Shown piece by piece: positions 62,073-64,000 of a stretch of DNA of 64,000 nucleotides (its first letter is position 1; each line of letters opens with the position of its first letter). The stretch is from Promethearchaeota archaeon (GTDB lineage Archaea > Asgardarchaeota > Lokiarchaeia > Sigyniarchaeales > SOKP01): the NCBI GenBank assembly GCA_019057865.1, contig JAHLWP010000002.1, positions 1 to 64,000 on the forward strand, written 5' to 3'. The notes below the pieces were generated by a model. That model ran no database searches. It saw nothing but the letters and a program-made list of their open reading frames with translations, and was not told where the DNA came from. The translations under genes were made by a program, and so were the position numbers.

Positions 62073-62405
62073 ATGAGTTTTGATGAATTTGATGAGGATT
62101 TAGGTGGAGAAGAACCAGTAAAATCTAAGACTCCAGCAGCTAAAACTCCTTCAGCAGGAAAGAAATTGACTTTATATTTCATGTCAACTATTGGTCCTGG
62201 TGAAAAGAAAGAAAAATTAATTGTGAATGATGCTAATCGTGTAAGCGATATTAAGCAAACATTAGGAAATTTATATGGACTTGACCCTAATGACTTTCAT
62301 ATATCCTCTGGTGGAGTTACAATGGATGAAAATAGTCAATTAAAAGACTATAATGTAAGTGATGGCGACGATATTCTTTTGATCCCTGCGAGTACTGCTG
62401 GATAA
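62073..62405 (+). CDS. Ubiquitin-like protein B with acidic N-terminal tail
   Basis: Close paralog of 59830; ends LLIPASTAG. Confidence 0.85.
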   Translation: MSFDEFDEDLGGEEPVKSKTPAAKTPSAGKKLTLYFMSTIGPGEKKEKLIVNDANRVSDIKQTLGNLYGLDPNDFHISSGGVTMDENSQLKDYNVSDGDDILLIPASTAG

Positions 62406-62497
62406 ACTTATATAATTTTCTTCACAAATTATAATATGAGGGCATTAAGCCCTTCAATTTTTTTTTATTTTTTTCATAAATTTTAATGGTGTTAATA

Positions 62498-63721
62498 ATG
62501 GATAAGTATTCAGATTTTTTTGCAATGGAATTATCGGTCAAGGAAAGAGATCTATATGATCGCCAGTTTCGTCTTGAGGGCTGGTCCCAGAAATTGGTAA
62601 AAAACTCAAGAGTGTTAATTGTAGGTGTAGGCGGTTTAGGATGTGAAATTGCTAAAAACTTGGCCATGCTTGGTGTAGGTCACTTAGATCTCGTTGATTT
62701 AGATATCATTGAGTATTCTAATTTGAGTCGCCAAATTCTTTTTGCAGGAGCGAAGATGGAAGAGCCTAAGGCAGTTGTTGCTGCTAGAAAACTAACGGAA
62801 ATTAATCCGAATATTATTATTAAGGGATATTATACCTCCCTAGAACGATTGGATCCCGCAATATATCAAGCTGCTGATGTTGTCATAGGAGGTCTTGACT
62901 CGATGAATGCGCGTCTAAATTTAAATGCACAGTGTATAAGATTTAAAAAGCCGCTAATAGATGCAGGAGTATCTGGTTATTATGGTCATGTATACACAAT
63001 CTTTCCGTATCAAAATGCTTGTTATGAATGCAATCCTTTGCCTGTAGGAGAGAGTGATGAAATGGCTGCTTGTACAGTAGTTGGAGTCCCCCGAAAAAGA
63101 ATTCATTGCGTTTTTAAAGGAGATATGGCGTTTAGAGAAAAGTTTGACAAAGATCCAAATCCAAAAGATATAAACGATATTAGATTCATTCAAAAGGTTA
63201 CAAATGAATTGGTAAACAAACATAATTTCTTACCTGAATACACTGAAGATGATATTGTGAAAATTATTGATAGGCATGATCCCGGCATAATATCTATAAA
63301 TGCAGTTATTTCTGCTTTACAATCACATGAAGCGGTAAAAATTCTACATTGGAAAGAAGGTCACAGAGGATTAGGTGAGCCTATTAAAAGTTATGTGATT
63401 TTTAATGCAATGACAATGAAATTTTACCATATTGCGAAACAGAGAAATCCAGAATGTTCTCAATGTGGTAAACATGTCCGACGAGTATCTATAAAATTGA
63501 GAGCTCAATCACCTTGTATAAATATAATTAAAACATTAGAGAAGAATGGATATAAATTGGATCCAGATTCTGAGCCAATTCTCACCTTACTGGATTTCAA
63601 TGATATCAAGATGGTAGATTTAGAACAGAATCCAATTGAAAACGGTTTAAGAAATTATGAATTTATGACAGCTGCAGGATTTAAAGATGGAGAAATTTTT
63701 GTAACCTTAAAATTAAAATAA
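62498..63721 (+). CDS. Ubiquitin-activating enzyme E1 (UBA3/UBA2-like)
   Basis: YDRQ, GVGGLG, DLD.IE.SNL.RQ, ACYEC, catalytic CT...PR...HC, C-terminal CSQC plus an extra domain. Confidence 0.9.
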   Translation: MDKYSDFFAMELSVKERDLYDRQFRLEGWSQKLVKNSRVLIVGVGGLGCEIAKNLAMLGVGHLDLVDLDIIEYSNLSRQILFAGAKMEEPKAVVAARKLTEINPNIIIKGYYTSLERLDPAIYQAADVVIGGLDSMNARLNLNAQCIRFKKPLIDAGVSGYYGHVYTIFPYQNACYECNPLPVGESDEMAACTVVGVPRKRIHCVFKGDMAFREKFDKDPNPKDINDIRFIQKVTNELVNKHNFLPEYTEDDIVKIIDRHDPGIISINAVISALQSHEAVKILHWKEGHRGLGEPIKSYVIFNAMTMKFYHIAKQRNPECSQCGKHVRRVSIKLRAQSPCINIIKTLEKNGYKLDPDSEPILTLLDFNDIKMVDLEQNPIENGLRNYEFMTAAGFKDGEIFVTLKLK

Positions 63722-63825
63722 AATGTTAGTCAAAAAATATTTCTTATAAAAATTTGACGAAACAAACAATTATTTAAAGAAAAATTTTCAATATAAAATT
63801 AGAGAAAATAAAAAGGGTTGAGAAA

Positions 63826-64000
63826 ATGAGTATAAGAAGTAGTCGAATTTCCCGAGATTTTGTGGGATTAAAAAAAATGCTTAAAGAAGAGACTATTATT
63901 CAATTAAAACCTTTTAATCCTAATAAGAAGAGTATAGATCATTTAGCCATTGCCATTAAAGGACCTAAAGGTACTGCATATGCAGGTGGTCTTTTTAAAT
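63826..64000 (+). CDS. Ubiquitin-conjugating enzyme E2, 5' part
   Basis: MSIRSSRISRDF...AIKGPKGTAYAGGLFK matches the UBC pattern RL..E ... I.GP.GTPY.GG.F. Confidence 0.85.
   Translation, partial: MSIRSSRISRDFVGLKKMLKEETIIQLKPFNPNKKSIDHLAIAIKGPKGTAYAGGLFK

Noticed and set aside
4403-63223. Many short antisense ORFs in the track (e.g. 4403, 4835, 6239, 7274, 13143, 18146, 24111, 35724, 40622, 42559, 52971, 58644, 62954)
   Set aside because: They lie opposite well-supported genes and have no motifs.
1-64000. tRNA/rRNA genes, transposases, integrases
   Set aside because: No GC-rich structured RNA or mobile-element motifs were recognised by eye.

Overview
This is an AT-rich archaeal window, very probably Asgard/Lokiarchaeia (inference). 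Support: archaeal-type AlaRS, DTD2, EndoQ, GGTGA Shine-Dalgarno motifs, T-tract terminators, a UBA3/UBA2-like E1, an E2, ubiquitin-like genes and a SNAP/TPR-like protein. About 11-43 kb is a large sulfur-relay, Fe-S and redox region: TusA, DsrE, IscS, IscU, CoA-persulfide reductase, rubrerythrin, superoxide reductase, FprA, two rubredoxins, NROR, glutaredoxins, FTR, two PDOs, TrxB and CooS. The main finding is that two Fe-S protein genes are each interrupted by a short frame-disrupting insert: 29 nt at 25103-25131 in a [4Fe-4S] protein gene and 32 nt at 42255-42286 in cooS. Each insert folds with its flanks into a relaxed bulge-helix-bulge (BHB). Canonical tRNA-splicing-endonuclease cut positions exactly restore the conserved motifs CAEGAL and PEYMEQKA, so these look like tRNA-type introns in mRNAs. 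Other points: at least five genes appear to start at ATT behind a good SD; a ubiquitin-like locus has two acidic-tailed Ubls ending in STAG plus a membrane-anchored non-conjugatable Ubl; IscU is fused to a degenerate TrxB domain; one gene has a G-run frameshift; and there is an Hsp20 remnant. All calls come from reading the sequence; no database searches were run.
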